Shown: positions 39,187-51,553 of the stretch, piece by piece
How positions within the stretch are numbered: position 1 is the first letter of the stretch
Layout of the letters: each line of letters opens with the position of its first letter
Assembly: GCF_011386835.1 (NCBI RefSeq)
Contig: NC_088813.1
Coordinates: forward strand, 9,300,001-9,364,000
Length of the DNA stretch: 64,000 nucleotides
Source: Chrysemys picta bellii
Lineage: Eukaryota
Direction of reading: 5' to 3'
Translations under genes and position numbers: made by a program
Notes under the pieces: model-generated
Told to the model about the DNA's origin: nothing
Seen by the model: the letters and a program-made list of their open reading frames with translations, nothing else
The model's database searches: none

Positions 39187-40471
39187 CTGCTCCTCGGGGG
39201 GAACACCAGCTGGGTGAGTTCATTATGGCCAAGGCAGTTAGCAATGTTCAATCCAACACAGGGGTTGGGATGGGGATGGGGGTCCCAGAGCACCAGCCAC
39301 TCTGTCTTGGATGACCCGGGGAGCTGGGCAGGACCCAATCCTGCCGCTGGAGCTGTGGGGGGATCTCCTAGTGAGTCCAATGTCCCTCCTTCAGATCTCA
39401 GTGAACAGCAAACAGCTGTCTCTCTCCACTGAAGGATCTTATGTAGTGCCTTCTGCCTACCCCTGAGCAGCGGGCAGAATGAGTGATATTGGCTTTCACA
39501 GCCATCTTCTGGCTGACTGATAAACACACCCCAGTCAGGGACTCTCAGTACGGGGCAACTAATTTTTCTGTACACTGGCTGACAATGAAAAATGTCAGAA
39601 ACTTTTTGGCAAATCGAAAAGGCAAAGAAATGTTCGGTTTGGGTCGAACAGAAGGTTTGTTTGGATTTGCTGCCGCGTTTGCTGGGGCCGTGGTGGTCCC
39701 GTGTTTAGAGTTTGACCATTTGGAAACGTTTGGCTGTTCTGAATAAAATGAAAGGAAATCTGGAAACAAAAACGGCGGCGTGAACCGAAAAATCCAAGCG
39801 TTCATTTAGAAAGGGTCAAGATGACATGTGGGGTATATGTGTGTGTATGTTGGGGGGGGTGTGTTTTTGATTTTGACTGAAACAATTTGGCAAAAGCAAC
39901 AACAATTCAGGAAATATTGGTGTCCCGGAAGCTGCATTTTTCACAGAAAAGGCGGTCGCCCAGCTGTAACTCGGAGCTGGTCCCTGGCTGTGCAGGGCTG
40001 GGATATACAGTAGCTGGGAGGGGTCTCTCCAGCTGGACTGAATAAACACCTGAGGGTGAAATCAGAACTGCAGGTGGTGAGGAATGAACTAGCGGCTACC
40101 CGGCTGTTTCATGCTGGAGCTGATGGTAGATGCATTTGAGGGGCCTTAACTGGGGTTTGATGGTGCCCTGGGTCTCTGGAGGAGTAAACTGATGCTAGAG
40201 AAAAGGAAAGAAAATGGGCGTAGATGGGGCAGTTGTGTTTGGTGGGGCCTTGGGACATTGTTTGGGGGAGGCCGGACTCTCACTCGGTGGCTTTACTTCA
40301 TGCTATTAAATTGCAGCTAATGGAGTTACTCCCTGAGCTGGGGTGGTAGCAGCCTGTGCTTTTGATGTGGGAGGTCCCAGGTTCGATCCCCATGGCCGGC
40401 CTGTGGCATCTGTGTGTTCGCAGCTGTGTTGGTGCGCGAGGGTAGGGTTTGAGGCTGAGGAAGGCGTGTAC

Positions 40472-40507
40472 CTTGCTGCTGAGAGCTGGCAGAACTGCTG
40501 GCTTCTC
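40472..40507 (-). CDS. Ficolin exon 4, neck (GEASSSASSQQQ)
   Basis: 36 nt; long pyrimidine acceptor tctctctcttccctcag; AAG|GTAC donor; preserves phase. Confidence 0.75.
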
Positions 40508-40922
40508 CTGAGGGAAGAGAGAGACAGCCATTGGTAAGACGGGGCATGCGACAGCTGGGCAGTGAGGGGAGGGCAAGGTTGCCGCATGCTCTGGAGAAGG
40601 GTGGCTCTCAAATGTCACCTCAGGGTGGTGAAAGGGCCTTGCAGGGGGTGCTGGCAGCAGTGTGGATCTCTGTGAGGCCAGGCTTTCACCCCCAGCCGCT
40701 AAGTCCTTCTCCCCGTGCAGGGTAGTGACAATGTCTCTTCTCCAGAGCAGAGGCGGGGCAGGCGATTAGCTCTGGGAATGCAGCCCTCAGACCAGTTTGC
40801 AGGCAAGAGTCCAGACATGGCAAGAGAGTTCACAGGGTGCAGCTGGGGGATAGAGCGGTGAGGCTTCCCGAGAGGCCCAGTCCTGCATCCCGTCCTCCCC
40901 CAAAGAGTCCCATCGAAGTTAC

Positions 40923-40976
40923 CTTTGTCTCCTTTGGGTCCAGCCTTCCCCATTGCCCCAGGGGAGCCCTTCTCGC
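40923..40976 (-). CDS. Ficolin exon 3, collagen (GEKGSPGAMGKAGPKGDK)
   Basis: 54-nt collagen exon containing a GKxGP MASP-binding-type motif. Confidence 0.9.
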
Positions 40977-41089
40977 CTGAAGAAAGAGAGCAGAGGCATG
41001 GACCGGGTTCCCTTTATTGTGCCTTTAGCACTACCTGACAACAGCCTATAAGAGCCAGGCAATGCGGCCGGGGAGCTGGGGGTGGGGAG

Positions 41090-41240
41090 CAGACTGGATG
41101 GGGATTTCTAAGGGGACACAGAGCCTTTTGCTTCTAGGTCATGGGTTCAAATCCAGCCCCGGTGGGTACCATTTATTGGCTCGGGTGAAATGAATGAGCG
41201 GCTCAGTCCAGTTCCTGGTGGACAGGGGTGTCCGTGCTAG
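41090..41240 (+). mobile_element. LF-SINE fragment in ficolin intron 2
   Basis: gactggatgg…acagagcctttt…ctaggtcatgggttcaaatccagcc…gtgaaatgaa…ctcagtccagttcctggtggacagg. Confidence 0.7.
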
Positions 41241-41997
41241 AAAAAATAGCAGAGGTCAAGGATTGGGCAGGCCAAGGTGCCGGCTAGTCTCTGTGTACGT
41301 GGTTCACTCGCTCACGGAAGGGATGTTGTGCCAGTGTTTTAGTGGCAGAGACGACTAGCCAAGATCTGCTGGGCACAGACTCCTCGCCAGCCCTTTGACA
41401 TTTCTGCTGCGCATTATCCTGTCCCCACTGCCTCTCTGGTCCATTCACAGTGTAAGCCCTTGGGGGCAGGGACTGTCTGGACAGCACCCAGCCCCCTCCT
41501 GGCTCTGACCTATTGTAATCCACATGATCAGTGTTAATAGGAACACAAGCCTGAGAGCGCAGACGGCCCTGCAGAACTCAAACCTGGATTCTGCCAACCT
41601 GTCTGAAACGTTCCCTGCCCACGCCGAACTATAACCCGAATCTAAAAGCTGCTTTCCCTGGCCAGGCCTGATAGGCTCCTCAGTCCAGCCGCTCGCACTC
41701 CCACTCCCCAGTGTGTGTCCCTGAGGAGCTCTGTGTTCTGGTGCGGAGGGCTAGGGCTGTGAGCTTCCTCAAAGCAGTGTCCTGCTGCCTCCCATGAGCT
41801 GATCTCCTGCTCTCCATTCTCCTCCTTGGCAACCTGCTCCAAAGACTCTGTGAGCGCGTGCCATGCCTGTCGGGTGCATTAGTGCCGAGCATTCACATGG
41901 AGTCTGCCCGTCCCTTTGTCTTGCCTGGGTACGGATGTCTGTCTGGCCTGCTTTATATCGAGGCTGTGATTGCCGAGTCCTGACAGCATCCTCTCAC

Positions 41998-42138
41998 CTG
42001 GGGGCCCTTGAGGGCCTGGATCTCCTTTAGCCCCGGGGAGGCCGTTTGTCCCCGGCATGCCCGGCATTCCTGGGATCCCTGGCTGGCCCTGGAAAAAGCT
42101 CTTCTTGTCCGCTCCGCACTGGGATAATTCCTTCAGCT
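41998..42138 (-). CDS. Ficolin exon 2, collagen start (…[30 protein letters not shown])
   Basis: Gly-X-Y repeats; tctttcag acceptor, CAG|GTGAG donor. Confidence 0.9.
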
Positions 42139-42714
42139 CTGAAAGAGGCGGAGAAGCAGGCTGGAGTGAGGAGAGCAGGCGCGCAGTGCGGTGGTGTCCT
42201 GAAGGTAGCGGTAGCAGCACCGCACGGGGCCAGGAAGTGACCAGGGGAAAGGCTCATGCACCTGGGGAGATGCTGAAACTGCAGGATCACGTTTAGTCAC
42301 TAGGTGTCACCTGGGCTGGTACCAGGCAGACCTGGGCGCGTAGTCAAGTATCTTACAGGGAACACATCTCTTGTCTCTCTGTAGCTCGCTGCCTGTCCAT
42401 ATCATAGCAGCCTGACCTGCTAGCAGCAGCCCTGCGGCCTCCCATGTACAAGGAGTATGTGACACTGGGATTTGGCAGGAAGCGTGAAGGACCAACCTGA
42501 ACAATCAGGGCTGGGAAGTCTGCCCAGACCTCTGCCCTCGTTGGCTTAGGGGTGTAGTTGGCCATGGTGACTGGAAGGAAGCAACTTGATCAGGAGGCCA
42601 AGGGTGAGATTCCCTCTCCCTCCCCACCCCAGTAAGACTAGAATTAAACATCCCCCCACTGGAGGCTCACAAAGCACTTGGCAAATGTGGATAAATTAAA
42701 CCTGAATCCCCAGG

Positions 42715-42835
42715 GTGCAGATTGGGGAAACTGAGGCACACAGAGGCTAAGTGCCTGGCACCAGATGACACAGCAAACGGGCGGTGGAGCCAGGAATCGA
42801 TCCTAGTTCTCCTGACTCCCAGCCTGTGCTTTCAC
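42715..42835 (-). mobile_element. MIR/CORE-SINE fragment
   Basis: ggggaaactgaggcac…gagccagga…cctagttctcctgactcccag. Confidence 0.65.
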
Positions 42836-43977
42836 CCCTAGATATCCCCCTGCTCACCCGATATGGACAGTAGTGTTGAGAAGCAGGGGAGGGGTGGGGC
42901 CCCGTGTCAGATTTCAGCTGGGGATCAATCCCTGCCTGTGAGCGTCGACCCATCTCCCAACTCGGGAGACAATCTGCCCATTTTAAATGTTGGGACGTTT
43001 AAAGTAATAATTAAAACCTGTATTGGGGGAGGGGAGAGAGCTGGAGCTCGCTGGAAGGTGGGGATGGGCTCATCACCACGTCGCTGGCTATTTTCTGAGC
43101 CCCCAAAGACGTTCTAGGCACCTCTCCAACCGAGTAACGAGACTTTCCCTGCCCCAGCAGGTTCCCAAGCAAGATTTAAGAGTATAGAACAGGTGAGGGG
43201 CCTAACCAGACTAAGGGGGCGGGGAGGGAGAGGCAGGACAAACATGGCTGGAGTGCTGTCACCTGGTTACACGATCAACGTACCTGTGCTCCTTGGATCT
43301 GTGTGGTGGTGGGGATGGGCAAGTGTTGAGGAGGAGGGAGAAAGGATGAGGCTGGTGTCTGACTTCAGGGAGAGAAGTAACATTAGCCACGTTTGGCAGA
43401 TGGGGAAACTGAGGCACAGAATGATTCAGTGACTTGTCCAGGGCCACACAGTCAGAGGCTAGAACTGGAATGGTCCTGATGCCCTGCTTCATCCTCTGCC
43501 TGTTAGACCACAGCTGATCCTCTCTAGACGGGACACAACCTCTGGATTCACTCCTCAGTTCCTTGCTCTCAAGTGCAAAACGTCCCCCACGCATGGCTCC
43601 AAGGAGTGACTTCCTGAGCAGTGTCTATGCGCTCCCCAGACAGAGCCCATCCCTCAGGGTCTCCTAGCTTCTCGGCACCAGCAATAGGGAGCCCAGCCCA
43701 CGGTATTAGTTGCCGGCTGGGGGAGGCTGAGGTGAGCACGGCTAAACCCAGCCATGCATGAACCTCTGCTCCAGCTACAGGTGGGATTGCTTAAACAAAT
43801 CCCTGGGGGTGTGGGTGTCTCTCCCCACCTTCCCCCACCCATGGGGCTGTGGGTGTCTCCCCACCTCCTTACCATTATTCTGATCCAAACCCCTCTCCGG
43901 TCAGGTCCTTTCCATGGACTCCAAGGGGCTTTGCCTTGCCTTTCAGGGCCGGGGAGTGGGGCGGACTGAGCTGGGAA

Positions 43978-44585
43978 TGTTGTGTGGGAGTTGTATTGAG
44001 ACTGTCTGCAGTGGGGCTGGGATACCAGGGTGAGGCTATCTGAGCATGTAACCTGAGCCCAGGATGGGGGCTGGGGCCAGGTGACACCTTTGGCCCGGGA
44101 AGCTGGACGAGGGCGGGCAGGGCCGACGAGAGGTGGGGGGAAGCCAGTACAAATTACTGAGGCCTGGCAGTCCGGAAGGGGGCCCGGCTTCCCTTGCTGG
44201 GGGGCCTGAAAAAATTCTGGGCCTGACCCCCCCCCCCCGTTGGCCCTGTTTAGCTGGTCCACCCTTGCTGGAGGGCCCGAAAAATTTTTTTCACCAGGGC
44301 CCGAACCCGCTCTCGGCGGCCCTGGCTGGGGGAGGTGGCTGGAGGAGACTGCTGGACGGGTTTTAGTTTGGAGCTGGCTGGGGAAATGGAGGGAACCCCA
44401 AAGCTGAGGGATAAGCTCCCCACCCCCCTGGGACTTGATTGAGGGGTCCTGGTTGTACTACAAGCTCTATTTGGGACTGTGTTCCTGTCGTCTAATAAAC
44501 CTTCCGCTTTACTGGCTGGCTGAGAGTCCCGGTGAATCGTGGGAACTGGGGGTGCAAGGCCCTGACTCCCCCACACTCTGTGACA
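43978..44585 (+). mobile_element. Probable solo LTR with internal hAT MITE (44118-44324)
   Basis: Ends ccccccacactctgtgaca; AATAAA at ~44494; inner TIRs cagggccgacgagag / ctctcggcggccctg. Left boundary uncertain. Confidence 0.5.
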
Positions 44586-44823
44586 GGGAGCATCCTCCCT
44601 GTCCGGCGGGGAGCTCCTCAGAGATGCGGCTGCCCCGGCAATGTCCCGCTGCGGCTCCTCTTCAGAGCCTGCTCCCTGCTGGAGCCCATGAGCGTCGGAC
44701 TGCGTTTGGCCCCCAGTTTGTAGAACAAAACGCCACAAAGGGATCCCCAAGGGTGCCGAGTACCCCCAACCCCTGCTGACTTCAATGGGAGCTCTCAGCT
44801 CTGCCCTGGATTCAGCTACTCAC

Positions 44824-44926
44824 GTGCACAGCAGCTGGACTCTGTCTCCTGGGCAAGGCCTGCTCTAGGGCCAGTAGCAGCCATCAGGAATGCCAGGGCG
44901 AGGAGAAGGCCCGTGGAAGACTTCAT
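44824..44926 (-). CDS. Ficolin exon 1, signal peptide (MKSSTGLLLALAFLMAATGPRAGLAQETESSCCA)
   Basis: aagATGa start; donor CAC|GTGAGT; TATAAG 55-60 nt upstream. Confidence 0.82.
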
Positions 44927-44980
44927 CTTGCCCTGCTGCCCCCACGCCGTTACCCCTTGGGCTGCCTGACTGATCTGTCT

Positions 44981-44986
44981 CTTATA
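44981..44986 (-). promoter_or_regulatory. TATA-like box of the ficolin gene
   Basis: TATAAG on the minus strand, 55-60 nt upstream of the ATG. Confidence 0.5.
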
Positions 44987-46954
44987 CCCTGCTGACTTTC
45001 CCGGCAGCCAAACACCCGTATTGTGTAATGCCTGTTCTGCTCGGGGGCCAGCCTTTCTCAATGAGCGTGTGGCGCAAGAGTTGGGCTCAGAGGTTCCCGC
45101 TAGCTACGGATATGGCGGAATGCGATATCTCGCTCTCAGTCATCCTCTGTTTGCACTTTCGGCCCAACTAAATCCCCTCTGCTGCTTCAGGCAGCCGGAG
45201 GGTTCTTCTGAACTTCCTGTCCTGAGCTATGATGTGGCATTGATCACGCTGTTAAACAGCTGCTGCGCTCCACCCCAGAGTGGCTTCATTCTGGTGGCTG
45301 GTAAATTCATTCCTGTTTGAAAGGCAGCCTGGCTGGGGGGAATGAGGTCAGGACTGAGTGCCCCAGAACACCTGAATGCTAATCTTGGCTCTGCCATTGA
45401 CCCACTCAGAGGCCTTGGGCATCTCTCTTTCCCCATTTGCGAAATGGGTAACACATGCTTTCCTGCCTCCCTCCCAAAGCTGCTGTGAAAAGGACGGTTT
45501 GCTGGGGGGTGTTAGTATTACATTTCTATGGTGCCTTTCATTCCCAAGGACAGCATCTGTCTATCTAACATCTGGAACTTGTAAAGAACCTTCACTACAG
45601 CCTTGGCCTTGGCAAACCACATAGACAGGCGTCCCTTCATGCAGCCCATGCAGCCACCTCTGGGGTGGAACATGGTGGCTGTTTAACAGCGCAGAACAAT
45701 CAACAGCGCAGTTTAGGACCGGAAGTGAAGGAAATCTCATGCCCAAGGAATATTTTAGGGGAGCAAACTGGAAATGGGTCAGAACACCAGGGTTAACACC
45801 CCTATCCCTGCAGAAAGTGCCATGGGACCTGGAACGACCACGCAGATCCAGGACCCCAGGGGACTGGCTCAGCATCGAGGCAAAGGGAAGAGCAGCAACC
45901 ACAACCCCGCTAACCCCACCCTGCTTGCAGCACCTGGGTTTCCTCGAAGTCTGGTCAAGCGCTGACACAGCCTGCCCCTGCTTGGCTTTGGCGAGGTTAT
46001 GTGTTTATTGAGGCGGCGCCTACGGACCCACCAGGGATGCGCTAGGAGCTGTACAAACACTCAGCCGAGCTCCCAGCCTGAAGGGACGTGGCTTCGGGTT
46101 CACAGCTCTCCAGTGATAGCGGCGGGAGGGTAAGGAGCCCTTCAGCTTCAGGGATAATTCCCCTCCCTGCGGAGTTCTGCTGCGCTGGGGGGGTCGGGGC
46201 GTTATTGATGCTGGACCAGGACTGAGCTTCCAGAACAGAGGGAGGGGAGAGGAGGAGCTGCCGGGGAGGAACTGGTACCAGCCAGTTGGTGGGGAATCGG
46301 GTGTGGGGGTGCCTTCGCTCACAGTGCGGAGGGGTCTTTAGCTGCCCTCTGGCACAACCGAGGCAGCAGCCCCTTCTGGGGCCGCAGGGGAGCAGGCTTT
46401 GATCTTGCTCTTGGTCCCAGCAGCGTAAATCATGAGCCGCTCCATTAAAGTCCCTGGAATGACCCCGGTGCAAAGCCCATGCAAGGGGGATCAGAATCAG
46501 GCCCACAGGGGCAGCTTCCTTCCAAGGTTACAGTGCCGTCCCCTTCCTCGAGGTGTCAGAGAGGGTAGGAGAAGCTTGTCTAGTCGCCATGGTAGAACTG
46601 CCCTTCTCCCCAGGGCTCACCTGCGGCTGAGGCAAACGGTCAGCTGGGCCTGTTCGCTTTCGGTCCAGGGAAAGCGACAGTGACTCGAGGGCGCCTGTTC
46701 ACAAGCAGCCTCTCCGAAGAAAATGAAAGTGCGTCTCAAAGCGGCTTCTGGCCTGGGAAAAGCATCACCGCCCCCCACATGGATCAAACTCCCCCTGCTG
46801 CCCCTTCACGCCCTGCTGGAGGGTCTGAAATTAAACGCAGCTGGGTCCCGCTGCAGCTACTTCTCCTCCAAGCCAGCACAATATCTACTGCTCCAGCCAG
46901 AGAGCCCCACTGGGAACATTAACCAAGCCTGAGAAATCTCATCAGTGGTAAGCT

Positions 46955-47065
46955 CCAATTTACAGATGGGTAAACTGAGGCCTGGGGTGCTGATGTGGTT
47001 TACGCTGAGTCCTGGCATGAGTCAGTGGCAGAGGCGGGAGTAGAACCCAGGAGTCTGAGGCACAA
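46955..47065 (-). mobile_element. MIR/CORE-SINE fragment
   Basis: tttacagatgggtaaactgagg…ggcagaggcgggagtagaacccagg. Confidence 0.65.
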
Positions 47066-48572
47066 GCGTCTACTCGAGCCTGTCCCGTTACCAATGTACA
47101 ACAGCTGTCACTGGTGCTAAGCTGTGAACTGCCCACTGATGCACTGAGAAAACCCCATGCACTCCCCACTTCCTCCTTCTAGGTGCCTCTTGCTGTTTTG
47201 TTCTCATTTTACTCCACTGATTGCAACACCCCTGCACCGCTGGGCTGGGGGAGGATTCCTGACAGTCAGTTCCCACTGAACAAACATTGAATTTCTCTGT
47301 TTTTCCAAGAGCAGCAGCAATTGGCCCACAGCCTGGCTGCCTTTTGTTTTGCTCACCTGTCTATGCACCAGCCTTAACATCAGTCAGGGCATTTTGGGGA
47401 CGGGGGGTGGGAGGGGCTCTGGGGTGGACTCCTCGCTGCAGCTCGCTGGTTTTCTCGCTCCCGTCACAGACTGCTACAGCCTGTGCTCACACTGTTCCTT
47501 TGTTACTGGAAATATGTCAGCAATGCTGCCAGGCAAAGTAGGAGTGGGGCAAAGTTCAGCTGCTGGGAGCAAACAGAAATCTACGTGTCCTGAGCCAGGG
47601 CAGGCCAGTGGAGACTGGAAGGGGAATTGTTTTTCTTCCCTTTTGGGAGAGGTTGGCTGCAGTGCTTGTTATGGGAGCTGGATGCAAAGTTCTGGTCAGT
47701 CCCAGATCAGGTATAAGCCAGCCGCTGGTGGGCTGAGGTTTGGGTGATGTTCATCACACCAGTGGCGCCACACACCAGACCCCGGGGCAGGTAGAGCCGG
47801 GGCGGGAGTAGTGTTGGTAGAACCGGAATGTTCTGGTGACGTTTATTCTGTCGCACCTTGGATTGATAACTGGTGGGATTTCCTTAAGGTGAACCCGGGC
47901 TGTACCTGCTCTGCCGGTGCGTTCCTGGGAGCGTTGCTCTTTGCTTGCACTATTGTTGAGGACACCTGATCCACCCAGCTTTCTCCTTCAGCCCCAGCGC
48001 AGGAAGTCCTCTTAACTCTGGAAAGTTTCCTTGAACCCAAAATCACAGACAGTGTCTGTCCAGCCCCCCACTGGCCATTTCACCCCTGGATGCAGGTGTC
48101 CCTCCAGACTGTGTCCAAGGGGTTCCCTGGAGGGAAGGAGAACCCCGAGTGAGGCAGTGCCTATACCCAGGGGGTGATGGCAGGCCCACCCCACCCAAGG
48201 CAGAACAGGTTGTTAGCACAATTAACCTGATAGGTGGCAACAGGGTCTGGGAGCAAGCAGACATAGGGTCTGGACCCAGAGCAATGGGTTGGCCCAAGTT
48301 CCCCCACCAGACTATCTGGAGTGGCGTGAGGACAGCTGATCAGGGGGACTTTGGTATCGTGGAAGGGGAGGATGATAGTGACCTGGCCAGAGGGCTGAAC
48401 CACGAAGAGGGAGCACCCTGGCTTCTGGGGGCGGGGGGCACGGTGCGAAGAAGGGGGCCTCAGACTGGAGTGGAGCTAATCCCCAGACGCAGCCACAAGG
48501 AGGCGCCCCACGGGTGAGTGAACCCTGTGGCACAGGGACCGAACCTCAGTGGGTATAAACTGGCATAGCTCC

Positions 48573-49379
48573 TGTCATGAACATACAGCTAAGGGTAGCC
48601 TAAAATCCCTCCTTTACCTGTAAAGGGTTAAGAAGCTCAAATAACCTGGTTGGCACCCGACCAACCGAAAGGACCAATAAGGGAAGAAGATACTTTCAAA
48701 TCTGTGGGGGAAGGTTTTTGCTTTGTGCTCTGTATTGTTGTTCTCTCTGAGATAGAGAGAGAGATCAAGCAAGTAATCCGGCTCCCACTGAAATGATACA
48801 GCTAACATTACAGAAATAGCAAGTAATAGCAAGGAAATATGTTAGATTATCTTTTGTTTTAGCTTGTGAATTTTCCCTGTGCTAAGAGGGAGGTTTATTC
48901 CTATTTTTTTGTAACGTTAAAGTTTTGCCTAGAGGGAAACCCTCTGTGTTTTAAATCTTATTACACTGTAAAATTACCTTCCATCCTGATTTTACAGAGG
49001 TGCTTCTTTTACTTTTTTCTTTATTATAAAGTTCTGTTTTCAAGAATCTGATTGGGTTTTTAGTGTCCTAAAAACCCAAGGGTCTGGTCTGTGCTCACCT
49101 TGGTTACCTATTTAGTTGGTTTATTATTCTCCAGCCTCCCCAGGAAAGGGGGTGAAGGGACTTAGGGGGACATTTTGGGGAAACAGGAACTCCAAGTGGT
49201 CCTTTTCCTGAATCTTTGTCTACCTCACTTGGTGGTGGCAGCGATTCCATTCCAGGGCAAGGAATTTGTGCCTTGGGGAAGTTTTTAACCTAAGCTGGTG
49301 AACTATAAGCTTAGGGGGTCTTTCATGCAGGTCCCCACATCTGTACCCCAGAGTTCAGAGTGGGGAGGGAACCCGGACA
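48573..49379 (+). mobile_element. Solo LTR
   Basis: TGTC…GACA termini; perfect 5-bp TSD gctcc. Confidence 0.88.
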
Positions 49380-50289
49380 GCTCCGCTGCTGGCACTGGAG
49401 CTCTCCTGCCTCATGCCAGCCTGGAGCGTGCAGCGGTTCGGACTCTCCACTGAACTAGAGCGACCCCTCCCCGCGGAGTGAGTCTGGCTGGTAGCAAGAG
49501 CCGGGCTGGATGAGCCTGGGGCGAGGGTAGCATTGGTTTGAGGAGCCCAGCGCTGCCAGGCCTTTCCCCTCGCCCCTCCCACGGCCAGGCTCCCGCAGGG
49601 TTGTAGGAATGCTGAGTTTGAGAGGCGCTACGTGTCCTGCCTTGGGACTGCCCCCCCGCAGGAGGGGTGCCCTGCTCCATTCCCTGGGGCAGTGTCGGGC
49701 AGCAGCGAGGGCAAGGCCCAGCCAAACCCTGCTCCCCCCCACCCCCAAACACACAGACACGGCAAACTTCTCCCCTAGAGTTTATTGTCCTGGCGCTCTC
49801 CATACAATCAGCAGCCTTCTGCTGTGCAGTGTAGCAGAGACCCTCGCTGTGCAGGCTTCTATACTCATCACTCAGCAGCGGCCGTGCCTAGCTCTCCCTC
49901 TGCCCCCCACCCCCCCACTCACTGCTTGACACGCTATAAGCACGGTGACAGTGGCAGGTGTGCGTGATGCGTAGACACATCAGCATGGCCCTCGCCTTGC
50001 GGCGCTTCTGTTCTGAGGTGGTGCAAGGTGCAGGGGGCCCCTCAGCTTGGAGACCACCCAGCATCTCACAGGGCCTTGTCGGAACCAGCCCCGTTGTGGT
50101 GGGTATTAAAGCAACACTCCGGGAGTGACCTGCCCCAGCCAGAGAGTTGCTGTCAGGCTTCCAACCGGTTCACGTAACTGGAGTCTACTGGGAACTCAGC
50201 CAGAGGCAGCTAAGTGGGTCTCTCTCCCCAGGGCTAGCTGGTCTCTCGGGCAAGGCTGGGGGAAGAGGCCCTGCACACAGTGTCCGCGC

Positions 50290-50477
50290 TCAGGCCAGGA
50301 CGGGGTACGTTGCCGCCGTCGTCACCCCGCAGTTGTTGTCTCGCATGGACATGAGGATGTAGCCGTCGTTACCCCAGTAGGTGGACCAGGAGTTTTTGAT
50401 GAGCCAATAGCTCTCCCCTTGCAGGACCCCGTAGCCCACGGCCAGCACCGCGTGGTCCAGCTCTGTGCTCTTGTTTC
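50290..50477 (-). CDS. Protease exon 11 ([17 protein letters not shown]…[13 protein letters not shown]…[13 protein letters not shown])
   Basis: Catalytic His and Asn; TGA stop. Confidence 0.97.
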
Positions 50478-50614
50478 CTAGGAGAAAGGAGAGGAGATTT
50501 AGTCTCCCTGTACTGGGAGGTGAGAGACTGGGCTGTGGGTTTCCGCACGCAGGAGGCCAGCAGGCCATGCCCTGTGCAGAGGAACCACCCTAGATGTCTT
50601 CCTATATTCATCGT

Positions 50615-51025
50615 GTCACTGCCTTATAGGAATTAGTGTAGAGGGGAATGAATAAGAGGGGGCTATAAAAAGGGGTGCAAGATAATGAGTGGCAGGGAAG
50701 GTCAATGCCACCCAGGAACAAGGGGATGCCCAATGAATTAAAAAAGGCAACATTTTAAAACCTACTTTTTAAAGCAATGCCTAATTAGCCTGCGGAACTC
50801 ATTGCCACAGGATATCACGGAGGCCTCGAGTTTAGTAAGAGTTAGCGGACTGGACATAGAGAAGGAACATCCACAGTTAGGTTAGGTAGGATAAAAGATA
50901 AGAGTTATGAATCCTCCTGCTTTAGGGCATTAGGCAGTCACGCTCTGTATGGGGCTAGGGTAAAATCTCCCCCCATGGGTAGGTTGTTCTATTAGGAGTT
51001 TCTTGCACCTTCCTCTGAAGCAGCT
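50615..51025 (+). mobile_element. Old CR1/L3-like LINE 3' fragment
   Basis: …gcctgcggaactcattgccacaggatatc… resembles the CR1 ORF2 end (WNSLP). Confidence 0.5.
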
Positions 51026-51363
51026 GGGGGGCTGGGACTGTAGCCTTTATTTTTATTTAAAGTTAGTTTTAGTGATGTTATATTGCACCCTCGAGGCTCT
51101 GGCGGCTCCAGTCTCAAGTTCAGCAGAGTAACGTCTGTTAGATCTGGAGCTCATAGGAACACACGGAGGCCAAGGGAAATAACACAATCACGAGAACAAG
51201 GCTGTGTGATGTTATGATTAATTAACACGACCCTAGACGAGATGCACCATGGGTCTGATCGAGCTGTGGCAGGAATCAATGCGGCTGCTTCTGCCCGCAG
51301 GGAACCTGGCTTTGTCCAATTCGAGACAAGCAAAGTCCTCCCCCAGCAGAGCCCCAGACTCAC

Positions 51364-51553
51364 CGCAGGCAGGTTCGTAGTAGACGCCGTTGGCATAGAA
51401 GGCAAAGGTCTTGGGGGAGGCGTCAATGTTCACAGCCACCGGGCCGTGCTTGTAGAGCGCCGCTTTCAGGGCAGTGATGTTCCCAGAGTCTACGTTGATG
51501 TAGCCAGCGACCTTGGCTATGAGCTCAGACTGGTTGTAGTGGCAGTACCCGTT
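51364..51553 (-). CDS. Protease exon 10 (NGYCHYNQSE…HGPVAVNIDAS…FYANGVYYEPAC)
   Basis: GPVAV.IDA and FY..GVY motifs. Confidence 0.95.

Larger units (their letters stand above)
34993..44926 (-). other. Ficolin gene span (signal peptide, collagen domain, fibrinogen-like domain), 8 exons, 324 aa
   Basis: join(44824-44926,41998-42138,40923-40976,40472-40507,39059-39186,37857-37986,37099-37233,34993-35240) = 975 nt; open frame, all introns GT-AG. Confidence 0.92.

Noticed and set aside
45500-48500. Possible extra gene between ficolin and protease (several 80-150 aa ORFs)
   Set aside because: No recognisable domains or consistent exon chain; GC-rich intergenic sequence with MIR fragments.
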